DNA of 64,000 nt from Planctomycetota bacterium (GTDB taxonomy: Bacteria; Planctomycetota; UBA1135; UBA2386), in the NCBI GenBank assembly GCA_965223545.1, contig OZ245006.1, positions 4,768,001 to 4,832,000 of the forward strand. Reading direction: 5' to 3'. The position numbers were made by a program, and so were the translations under genes. The notes under the pieces were generated by a model. The model was not told the DNA's origin and did not search any database. It saw nothing but the letters and a program-made list of their open reading frames with translations. This document shows, one piece after another, positions 51,882 to 60,084 of this stretch (position 1 is its first letter; each line of letters opens with the position of its first letter).

Positions 51882-52906
51882 TGACCGTACTCCTGGCGCA
51901 GCCACGACAGGCAGTCGGCGGCGTCGCGCTCGACGCCGTGCCAGCTGACCGCGCGGGCGCGCAGCGGCAGCAACGCGCGGACTTCCGCCGGCAGCTCGCT
52001 CGGGTCGTCGATGGGGCCGAGCGGCAGTTGGCGGGAGGGTGAGCGGGCCAGGACGTCCTCGGTCTCCGCCGACAGCAAGAAGTCGACCAGCTGCTCGGCC
52101 AGCGCGCGATGCGGGGCGCCGCGCGGAATCGCCACCGTGTTGGGGATCAGCACGGGATGCCCGTCGACTTCGACCGGCGCCATCGCCACGGGGCTGCCGT
52201 TGTCGAGCTCGCTGAAGAAGTCGTCGGTGTCGGTGAAGCCCGCGCGGCACCTTCCCTGCGCGACCAGGGCGGCGACCCGGCGGTTGCCGGCGGCGATGAC
52301 GGCGCCGGCGCCCACCGCGGCGTCGTGCCAACGGCGCACGTGGGGCCCGCCGTGCGCGCGCCACAGCGCGGTGTAGTGGGCACGGGTCGTGCCCCACAGC
52401 GGGTTGGCGATGGCGAACGCGCTGAGGTCGCCGTCGGCGAGCGCGGCGGTGACGTGGGCCTCGACCGCGCCGTGCTCGGCGGTGAGCTTGCCCCGTTGCA
52501 CGATCCAAACCCGCAGGCGGGCGGCAAAGCCGGTCCACAGCCCGTCCGGATCGCGGTGGGCCTGCGGTATGCGCTGCCAGCCGGGGCCGCGGTAGGGCTG
52601 CAGCAGGCCGGCTCGCGCCAGCCGGAGAGTGCCCAGCACCTCGTTGTTCCACAGGACGTCGCACCGCGGCTGACTCGCCTCACGCGCGATCCGGTCGACC
52701 AGCGCCAGCGATTTGGTGGCTTCGGTGTCGTAGACGACGGCGACGTCGACGCCGGTCTGCGCGGTGAACCGCTCGAGGATGCGCTCGGCGAACACCGCGT
52801 CGTGCGCGCAGTACACCACGACGGCCGCGCGCGGCCAGGCGAGGGCGGTCCACAGCGCGACAATGCCGGCCGCTGCGGCCCACGCCAGCGCGCGGCCTCG
52901 CGTCAC
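51878..52906 (-). CDS. Extracellular solute-binding protein (Fe3+-binding FbpA/FutA-like family)
   Basis: VVVYCAHD, FTAQTGVDV, DPDGLWTG, ANPLWGTT, GFTDTDD, IPNTVAI. Confidence 0.85.
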   Translation of the reverse strand: MTRGRALAWAAAAGIVALWTALAWPRAAVVVYCAHDAVFAERILERFTAQTGVDVAVVYDTEATKSLALVDRIAREASQPRCDVLWNNEVLGTLRLARAGLLQPYRGPGWQRIPQAHRDPDGLWTGFAARLRVWIVQRGKLTAEHGAVEAHVTAALADGDLSAFAIANPLWGTTRAHYTALWRAHGGPHVRRWHDAAVGAGAVIAAGNRRVAALVAQGRCRAGFTDTDDFFSELDNGSPVAMAPVEVDGHPVLIPNTVAIPRGAPHRALAEQLVDFLLSAETEDVLARSPSRQLPLGPIDDPSELPAEVRALLPLRARAVSWHGVERDAADCLSWLRQEYGQ

Positions 52907-54534
52907 TTGCCCCCGTTCTTCTCGCCGGCCTGCAGGCGGTTGAAGTAGCCCTGGATCGAATCGTGATAGCCGGGCGGAACGTCCTCGCGCAGGATCGCCT
53001 CGCTGGCACCGCTCTGCACCGCGCGCAGGAGTTCGGCGTAGTCCTCGCGGGCCTCACCGCTGTCCGCGGCGCGCTCGGTTTTCCACTGCAAGAGCATGCG
53101 GCCCGCCACTCTTGCCGACGGGACGCGCCACGGTCGGAAGCCGGTCGGGCCCTCGGCTTCGGCGACTCCGCCACCACCGAACCCGCGTCCGCCCGAGCCC
53201 GGGCCGGGCTGGGTGCCGGTGCCGTTGCAGCTGCCACACCCCTGGCCACTGCACTCGCCGCAGACGTGCTCGGCCTGACACTGCGCCAACGACTCGGACA
53301 GGCACTCGGCGGCCTCGCCCATCGACTGGCACTCGGCGCAGACCTCGCCGTCGAGAGCACCGAGCTGCTGCAGCTGCTCGGCGAGACGGAGCGCGTCCAG
53401 CGCCTGCTCGAGCTCGGCGAGGTCGCGCATTCCTTGCGCGAAAGCCTCGAGTTCCAGCGCGGCGTCCTCCAGGGCTTCGTCGCTGCTGCCTTCCTCGCTC
53501 GACTCGAGTTCCTGCAGCGCGCGAGTCAGTGCTTGGGCCAGCTCGCTCGCACCCAGCTCTCCGCTCGCGGTCTCGCGCAGCTCCTGCAGCGCGGTCCGCG
53601 CCTCGGCTGCCGCGCTGCGATCGCCGCGGCTGGCCTTTTGCGCGAGCTCGCGGACCTCCGCCAGCTTGCGCTTGGCGGAGCTGCTGTCGCCCCGGCGGAC
53701 GGCTTCGGCGAGTGCCCGTTGCTCGTTCGATGGTGATCGGCCGATGCTCTGGCGGCCCGAGCCGCCCGCCCGCTGTTGTTGGTTCGCGCGGCGTTCTTGC
53801 CAGCGGTCGCCGATGGTCTGCCGCTGCTGGCGCAGGCGGCGTTGGTTCTCCGGGTCGCGCGGCTTCATGGCGCGCAGGGCGGCGCGCAAGGCGGCGAGCT
53901 CGGCATCGACTTCGGGGGACAGGGCGCGGTCCAGCGGGCGCTTGCGCAGTGCCTGGCGGCGCGCCGCGGCCGCCTCGCGCTGCGCCTCGGTGGCCGAGTT
54001 GTCTCTCCTTTCCTGGTCCGCCTCGGTCGCCGCGCGGTCCAGCGGCGGCAGCCAGAGGGCGACGGCGGCGAACGCGAGCATCCCGGTCGTCGCCCGGGCC
54101 GCGCCGCGACGGGGTCGCCAGGGCACCACCGCGGCGGCCTGCACCGTCTGGGCCCGTCGATCGGTGTCGGCGTCGACCAGCGCGCGGTAGTCGGGGTGTT
54201 CGGGGCCGTTGGCCAGGCCGGCGTAGGTCAAGAACAGGTCGCTGCTCTGCTGTTGGTGGTCGATCAAGCGCGCGGCGTCGCGGGTTCCGACCCGCGGAGT
54301 CATCCACCAGGCGGTGAGCGCGGCGAGGGCAGCGCAGACGGGCAGCCAGTAGAGCGCCCCGCTCGGATCGAACGACAAGAGCCGGGCCGCGGCGAGAGCG
54401 ACGGCGGCGGTGATCGTCAGCGCGGTCAGCAGAGTGGCCGCGCGGCGTGCCCAGGAGCCGGTGCGCTGGCGGCGGGCGACCTCTACCAGGAGCGTGTCGC
54501 CACGGTGTTGTCGGGTTCCCGGAGACTCCTGCAT
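52903..54534 (-). CDS. Membrane-anchored coiled-coil protein with Cys-rich and Gly-rich C-terminal region
   Basis: Three N-terminal TM segments, long heptad region, CAEC...CGEC..GCGSCNG, C-terminal VPPGYHDSIQGYF. Confidence 0.8.
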   Translation of the reverse strand: MQESPGTRQHRGDTLLVEVARRQRTGSWARRAATLLTALTITAAVALAAARLLSFDPSGALYWLPVCAALAALTAWWMTPRVGTRDAARLIDHQQQSSDLFLTYAGLANGPEHPDYRALVDADTDRRAQTVQAAAVVPWRPRRGAARATTGMLAFAAVALWLPPLDRAATEADQERRDNSATEAQREAAAARRQALRKRPLDRALSPEVDAELAALRAALRAMKPRDPENQRRLRQQRQTIGDRWQERRANQQQRAGGSGRQSIGRSPSNEQRALAEAVRRGDSSSAKRKLAEVRELAQKASRGDRSAAAEARTALQELRETASGELGASELAQALTRALQELESSEEGSSDEALEDAALELEAFAQGMRDLAELEQALDALRLAEQLQQLGALDGEVCAECQSMGEAAECLSESLAQCQAEHVCGECSGQGCGSCNGTGTQPGPGSGGRGFGGGGVAEAEGPTGFRPWRVPSARVAGRMLLQWKTERAADSGEAREDYAELLRAVQSGASEAILREDVPPGYHDSIQGYFNRLQAGEKNGGK

Positions 54535-54618
54535 CGCAGCGGGACTATACGTCGCGCGACCGAGGAGTGCACCGGGGTGCCGGGTGGTTCGCCTGGCAAG
54601 CCAGCCCGGCGGGTGGGG

Positions 54619-54646
54619 GCGGTCCGCGGCGTTGGCCGCGGACCGC
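54619..54646 (-). terminator. Perfect 12-bp hairpin downstream of the S8 protease gene
   Basis: GCGGTCCGCGGC-GTTG-GCCGCGGACCGC, 8 nt past the stop; no U-tract. Confidence 0.6.
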
Positions 54647-54654
54647 GGTGCTTC

Positions 54655-57129
54655 TCACTGCACCTGCTGGCGGTCGACGTTGGAGACCTCGACCACGTTG
54701 TTCTGGTTGTCGATCAGCACGGCGGTCGCGTCGATGACGAGGCCGGAGGCGATCTGCGCGATGGCGGCCGGGAACGTGAACGTGGTGTACGGATACACCG
54801 ACGGGCCGGCGTTGGTGAACGCGAACACGTTGCCGGCGCTCGGCGCGAAGCCGACGATGCTGGCGGTCAAGGCGTCGGCCTCGAGGCCGAGCACGTTGCC
54901 CATCGCCGCGTGGCGGCTGGTGTCGACGGACATCAAGGTGAAGCCGGTGCTCCAGCCACTGGCCGGGACGCCGGTGAGCGAGACGCGCAAATCACCGGGT
55001 TGGTTGGAGATCACATCCATCACCATGCCGGAGAGATCGCGTCCACCGCTGACGCCGCGGACCACCAGGGCGTAGTCGGCGTCGGTCGCCGCGGTCTCGA
55101 TGTGCGAGTCGGCGAGGATCTCGTCCGCCGTCACCTTCACGGTCCACACGCCGCTCTGCGGCGAGTTGAGCATGATCATTTCCTCGGTGTCGAGGCTGTT
55201 CTTGCCGGTCGGCGCCGCCGGGCTCACGTTGGAGTTGCCGAGGCCGAGGTTGCCGGCGTAGCGGGTGCCGTCCGGTGCGAAGGCCTCGACGTCGAGGTCG
55301 TTGAGGCGGTGGCGGCTCTGGTTGGCCGGGTTGCCCGGCGGCTCGGTGTAGGTGAGCGCGGCGCGGAACGCGTTGGTCGCCGGTGCGACATACACGAAGT
55401 AGGTCCGGCTCTGGCCCTGGCTCAGCACGTCGCGGGACGGGCCGGTGAGGGTGGCGTTCTCCTCGTCGATGACGAGCAGGTTGTCACGCTCGGCATACAT
55501 GTCGCCGATGTTGGGGAAGCCCCAGCCCTGCTGCACGCGCGTCGCGCGGTTGGTCGGCAGCGGGCGGGTGGTCGCCATCATCAGCGCCTTGACGGTCGAG
55601 GCGTGCGCGCGCAGGTTCCAGCGCTCCTGCCAGGTGCCACCGGGGTAGCCGAAAAGGCCGTCGCTGAACATCGTCATCGCCAGCAGGCCGAAGCCGTTGA
55701 CCATCGGGGTGGCGCCGGAGGTGCCACCGAAGTTGTTGGTGTAGCCGCTGTTGGTGCTGGTGGTGTTGATGCTGTCGTAGTAGCCGGTGAAGGTCACGCC
55801 GATGCGGCCGTCCGAGGCCGGGCCGATGCTGCCGGTGCGGCACCAGCAGTCGTCGGCCGGCGAGCTGTTGTTGAAGTGGTTGAAGCCACCGACGCTGTTG
55901 ATGTTCTTGGCCCACGCTTCGGGGCGCGACGGGCGCGCGCCGGCGTTGCTCTGGCTCTGCGTCTTCCAGATGTCCCAGTTGAACACCGACAGGTCGGCCT
56001 GCACCGAGGTCGAGGTGTAGCTCGTGGTGCGGCCACCGCCCCACGACTGCGTCGACGACAGCACCTGGTGGGTCTGCGTCAAGGTCTGCGCCAGGGTGTT
56101 GTAGCTGCCGACCGAGGCCGAGTAGTAGCCCTGGGCGAACGGGGCGCTGCCCTTGAAGAGCGCGCGGAGACCTTGGGCGAACACCTCGCCCGCGGTGTTG
56201 GTACCGTGCGTCGACGAGCCGTTGCGGGTCACCGAGATCGGCGCCGTGCGGTACGGGGCGCGGGCGGCGAACTCGGGGTGGCTCTGCTGGATGCCCTCGT
56301 TGACGTGCGTGCGGATGCCCTTGCCGTCGATCGGCGTGGCCAAGCCGTGCAGCGGCGCGACGCCGGCCTGGGCGAGCGCGTTGTTCATGTCGTACTCAGG
56401 TGCGGTCCAGCGGTCGATCCACATGACCGTGTTCTCGCTGGCCACCTGCAGCAGCTGGCCGCCGGTCAGGGTGGCGCTCAGCAGGGAGCCGTCGACCATC
56501 TCGACGGTGCCGCCGACGCGCTCGACCGCGCGCTCGAGCGCGTCCATGTCGGTGCGGTAGTTGGCCGCGATGATGTTGTAGCGGGTCGCCGGCAGGTCGG
56601 CGTCGGCGGTCAGGCTCGCGATGATCGCCGGCTCGAGCCGGTAGGCGGGGTGGTAGGCGGACACCGCGCGGACGAAGTCGAAGCCGGCGATCGCGGCCTC
56701 GGCGCTCCCGCTCATGCGGACCAGGTAGGCCTGGTTGGCCATCGGCACCAGGATCTCGGCACCGGCGGTGCTCATCGCGTCGCGGAACTCCTGCACCGGC
56801 GGGGTGTGGAACTGCACGAGGTGCAGCTCGTTGCTCCGCATGGCGGCCAGCAGGCCCGGCACCGGCGGGTCACCGATCGCCGGGTCGAAGTCGGCGAGCT
56901 GGGTGGAGATGGTGAACTTCGGCTGCGGCAGGGTGCGCCAGGAGGCGCCTCCGTCGCGGCTTACGCCGGCAACCCACTCGCCGTCCTGCATCTGCAGGCG
57001 GGTGATGGCGTCGCTGCCCGGGATGGCAAAGATCTGTGCGTTGGAGGCGGCGGCCTCTTGCGCGGTCGCAGCGGCACCGGCACCGGCTGCGTACAGAATG
57101 GATAGAGGGAGAACGAAGAGATTCCGCAT
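54655..57129 (-). CDS. Secreted S8 (subtilisin-like) serine peptidase
   Basis: Signal peptide, propeptide, HGTNTAG, SQSNAG, GGTSGATP, QGWGFP. Confidence 0.9.
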   Translation of the reverse strand: MRNLFVLPLSILYAAGAGAAATAQEAAASNAQIFAIPGSDAITRLQMQDGEWVAGVSRDGGASWRTLPQPKFTISTQLADFDPAIGDPPVPGLLAAMRSNELHLVQFHTPPVQEFRDAMSTAGAEILVPMANQAYLVRMSGSAEAAIAGFDFVRAVSAYHPAYRLEPAIIASLTADADLPATRYNIIAANYRTDMDALERAVERVGGTVEMVDGSLLSATLTGGQLLQVASENTVMWIDRWTAPEYDMNNALAQAGVAPLHGLATPIDGKGIRTHVNEGIQQSHPEFAARAPYRTAPISVTRNGSSTHGTNTAGEVFAQGLRALFKGSAPFAQGYYSASVGSYNTLAQTLTQTHQVLSSTQSWGGGRTTSYTSTSVQADLSVFNWDIWKTQSQSNAGARPSRPEAWAKNINSVGGFNHFNNSSPADDCWCRTGSIGPASDGRIGVTFTGYYDSINTTSTNSGYTNNFGGTSGATPMVNGFGLLAMTMFSDGLFGYPGGTWQERWNLRAHASTVKALMMATTRPLPTNRATRVQQGWGFPNIGDMYAERDNLLVIDEENATLTGPSRDVLSQGQSRTYFVYVAPATNAFRAALTYTEPPGNPANQSRHRLNDLDVEAFAPDGTRYAGNLGLGNSNVSPAAPTGKNSLDTEEMIMLNSPQSGVWTVKVTADEILADSHIETAATDADYALVVRGVSGGRDLSGMVMDVISNQPGDLRVSLTGVPASGWSTGFTLMSVDTSRHAAMGNVLGLEADALTASIVGFAPSAGNVFAFTNAGPSVYPYTTFTFPAAIAQIASGLVIDATAVLIDNQNNVVEVSNVDRQQVQ

Positions 57130-57303
57130 GGACAGCCTCGTACAGAGGTTTTTGGAGGACTCCGGCCGGGGTGGGGCGTCGGCGCGGAGACAAGGTGGGC
57201 AGACGCGTCGCTATTGTGCGGCCTGACGCATGGACGATCAAGCGGCACCGGGGCCGATACCCGTCCGGCCCTTGTCAGGGGCGGAATCGCGCCCGGCGGC
57301 GCG

Positions 57304-58200
57304 TCATTTTCGGGCGTCGAGCTCAGCGCGCACCGATCGGTACACGATCTCCTGGAAGCGATCGGGCTTCATGAACCCCGTGCCCCACGTCGCGTCCCAC
57401 TCGGCCGTGGGCTTTGCCGCCCGCACCTCGTCCAAGGTCTTGCCGTCGCGCACCAGATCGGCGAACCGCGCGTGGATCGTGCCCAGGACCTCGCGGTACT
57501 GCCGCAGCCCATCGCGGTCGGTCAGCTTGCCGTGGCCGGGAATGATCGCCGTCTCGCCGTCGGCGATCTCGAGCACGCGGTCGACGGCGGCGATCAGTCC
57601 GTGCAGAGTGCCCCCGCTGTCGAGATCGATGTAGGGAAAGGCGCCGTTGAAGAACACGTCGCCCATGTGGATCACGTTGCCGCGCCGAAACCACACGATC
57701 GCGTCCCCGTCGGTGTGCGCCGCCGAGACGTGGAAGATCTGCACGTCGTCGCCGTTGAGGTGCAGGGTCACGCCTCCCGCGAACGTCACCACGGGCAGCG
57801 CCTTGCTGTCGCCCGCCGCCCGCTCCCCGCCCTCGGCCAGCTGCTGCGCGGACATGCGCTTGCGCACGTTTTCATGCGCGACGATGACCGCGCCCGCGCG
57901 CCCGAACCGCTCGTTGCCGCCGGTGTGGTCGCCGTGGTGGTGCGTGTTGATCACGAACCGGATCGTAGTGTCCGTCAGCCGGGCAACCGCGGCGCGGATC
58001 TGCGGCACCATCGGCGCGAACTGGTCGTCGATCAAGAACGTCCCGTCCTCGCCGTAGCAGACACCGATGTTGCCGCCGCGCCCCTCGAGCATCGCCACCC
58101 CGTCCCGGATCGGCACGGTGTGAATCCGCGCGTCCCCCTGCGCGACCAACGGAGCGCACACGACCATCGCGACAGCCAGACAACTCGCAGAATGGAACAT
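57304..58200 (-). CDS. Exported MBL-fold metallo-hydrolase (cyclase-like)
   Basis: THHHGDHTGGN, AHTDGD, HMGD, IPGHG; signal peptide. Confidence 0.92.
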   Translation of the reverse strand: MFHSASCLAVAMVVCAPLVAQGDARIHTVPIRDGVAMLEGRGGNIGVCYGEDGTFLIDDQFAPMVPQIRAAVARLTDTTIRFVINTHHHGDHTGGNERFGRAGAVIVAHENVRKRMSAQQLAEGGERAAGDSKALPVVTFAGGVTLHLNGDDVQIFHVSAAHTDGDAIVWFRRGNVIHMGDVFFNGAFPYIDLDSGGTLHGLIAAVDRVLEIADGETAIIPGHGKLTDRDGLRQYREVLGTIHARFADLVRDGKTLDEVRAAKPTAEWDATWGTGFMKPDRFQEIVYRSVRAELDARK

Positions 58201-58266
58201 CCCCGAAGCCTACCGAAAGTACGGAGCCAGTCCTGCCCCGGCAGATTTGTCGGCCCTTCAGGGCAG

Positions 58267-58480
58267 GAAACTAGCCGCTGAGGAAGGGGGAGGGGAACGT
58301 GTGAGGGGCCCGGCAGCTACGCCCCCAATAGCCACTGGAGCACGTTTGCCCCAGAGCCAGTCTGGGTCCGAGTTGGCCATCCTTCACTGGTGAGGGGCAC
58401 GTCGCCGTGCCCACTCCCGCAGGTCAGATTCGTTTGATCGCCGCCTCGGGCCGGGCCCACCACAACAATGAGGATGAAGT
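58267..58480 (+). ncRNA. Candidate IS110 bridge/guide RNA region (identical copy at 60085-60298)
   Basis: ~214-nt structured non-coding left end (stems GAACGTGT/GCACGTTT, GGGCAC/GTGCCC); contains CAGGTCAG, identical to the IS right end. Confidence 0.55.
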
Positions 58481-59863
58481 ATGGCTGGGAAGAGCAGAAC
58501 GAGGAAGGGCAAGAAGCCCGCAGCGGAAGTATTGCCAGTCGTGAAGCCCAACGCCGCCGGAATCGACATCGGCAGCCGCGAGCACTGGGTGTGCGCAGCA
58601 GCACCCGACGGCAGTCGTCCGATCAAGCGATTCGGAACGACGACGCCCCAGCTAGAGGCGCTCGCGGACTGGCTGGAGGAGCTCGGAGTGCGATCCGTCG
58701 CGATGGAGAGCACCTATGTCTACTGGATTCCCGTCTACGAGCTACTCGAGTCGAGAGGCTTCGAGGTCATCCTCGCGAATGCCCGCGAGGTGAAGAACGT
58801 GCCGGGCCGCTCCAAGTCCGATGCCAGCGATTGCAGTTGGCTGCAGAAGCTACACACCTATGGCCTCATTCGCGCTTCGTTCCGGCCTCCGAAGGACATC
58901 TGTGCGTTGCGGACCCTGCAACGCCATGCCGCGTCTTTGATCGCGCAGCGCACGCGCCACACGCAGTTGATGCAGCGGTCACTGGATCAGATGAACGTGG
59001 CGATCCATCGCGCGGTAACGGACATCACCGGCAAGACCGGCCTCGCGATCATCCGCGCGATTCTCGCTGGTGAACGCGACCCTCGAGCGCTCGCCAGACT
59101 GCGTGATCCGCGCTGCAAGATCTCCGAGAAGGAGCTCGCGGATCACTTGCAAGGGACCTGGATCGAGGAGCACATCTTCACTCTCGCTTCGGGCTTGCGG
59201 ATGCTCGAGCACACCGACCACGAGATCGAGTCGGTCGAGAAGCGATTGATGGCGATGATCGAGGACCTGCAACCGGAGGAAGCCAAGACGGCCGACGTCC
59301 CCGAGCATCCAGACCCCCGCAAGGAGAGGAGCATCCGAACGAAGGGCGGCCGGGAGCTTCGCGATGCCCTCTGCCGGCTCGTCGGGTGTGATCTCACGCG
59401 AATCGACGGTATCAGCCCGAGCACGGCCATGATCGTGCTCACCGAGGTCGGCTACGACCTCGAAGCTTTCCCGACCGAGAAGCACTTCGTCTCCTGGCTA
59501 CGCCTGTGCCCACGTCAAGCCGTCTCGGGTGGAAAGCGCATCAAGAAGCACCGCAACAACATCGCGGTCAGCAGGATCGCCACGGTCCTCCGGATGGCCG
59601 CCCTGTCCCTCCAACGTACTCAGACAGCTCTCGGCGCACACTTCCGCAAGATCGCCCGCGCGAAGGACGGCAACGTCGCCATCTTTGCCATCGCCCGCAA
59701 ACTGGCCCTGCTCATCTACCGCATGCTGAAGTTCGGCCAGGACTACGTAGACGAAGGCGCCAAGGCCTACGAGGAGCGCTTCACCCAGCGACGCATCGTC
59801 GGACTCCGACAGAACGCTAAATCCCTCGGGTACAAGCTCATACCGATCGCCGAGGCTGGGTGA
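58481..59863 (+). CDS. IS110-family DEDD transposase/recombinase
   Basis: GIDIG, AMEST, KSDASD (DEDD); IDGIS, SGG with catalytic-type Ser, AIARKLA. Confidence 0.96.
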   Translation: MAGKSRTRKGKKPAAEVLPVVKPNAAGIDIGSREHWVCAAAPDGSRPIKRFGTTTPQLEALADWLEELGVRSVAMESTYVYWIPVYELLESRGFEVILANAREVKNVPGRSKSDASDCSWLQKLHTYGLIRASFRPPKDICALRTLQRHAASLIAQRTRHTQLMQRSLDQMNVAIHRAVTDITGKTGLAIIRAILAGERDPRALARLRDPRCKISEKELADHLQGTWIEEHIFTLASGLRMLEHTDHEIESVEKRLMAMIEDLQPEEAKTADVPEHPDPRKERSIRTKGGRELRDALCRLVGCDLTRIDGISPSTAMIVLTEVGYDLEAFPTEKHFVSWLRLCPRQAVSGGKRIKKHRNNIAVSRIATVLRMAALSLQRTQTALGAHFRKIARAKDGNVAIFAIARKLALLIYRMLKFGQDYVDEGAKAYEERFTQRRIVGLRQNAKSLGYKLIPIAEAG

Positions 59864-59871
59864 GTTTCAGG

Positions 59872-60018
59872 TCAGCAGACACCGATGTTGCCGCCGCGCC
59901 CCTCGAGCATCGCCACCCCGTCCCGGATCGGCACGGTGTGAATCCGCGCGTCCCCCTGCGCGACCAACGGAGCGCACACGACCATCGCGACAGCCAGACA
60001 ACTCGCAGAATGGAACAT
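59872..60018 (-). pseudogene. Truncated duplicate of the first 48 codons of the MBL hydrolase gene
   Basis: Copy of 58056-58200; a TGA is created at the IS junction. Confidence 0.85.
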
Positions 60019-60084
60019 CCCCGAAGCCTACCGAAAGTACGGAGCCAGTCCTGCCCCGGCAGATTTGTCGGCCCTTCAGGGCAG

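Larger units (their letters stand above)
58267..59875 (+). mobile_element. IS110-family insertion sequence, copy 1
   Basis: CAG core at 58264-58266 and 59873-59875; subterminal IR GAAACT/AGTTTC; transposase gene. Confidence 0.85.

Noticed and set aside
59860..59875. Sigma70 promoter formed at the IS circle junction
   Set aside because: No convincing -35/-10 pair with proper spacing was found across TTTCAGGTCAG-GAAACTAGCC.
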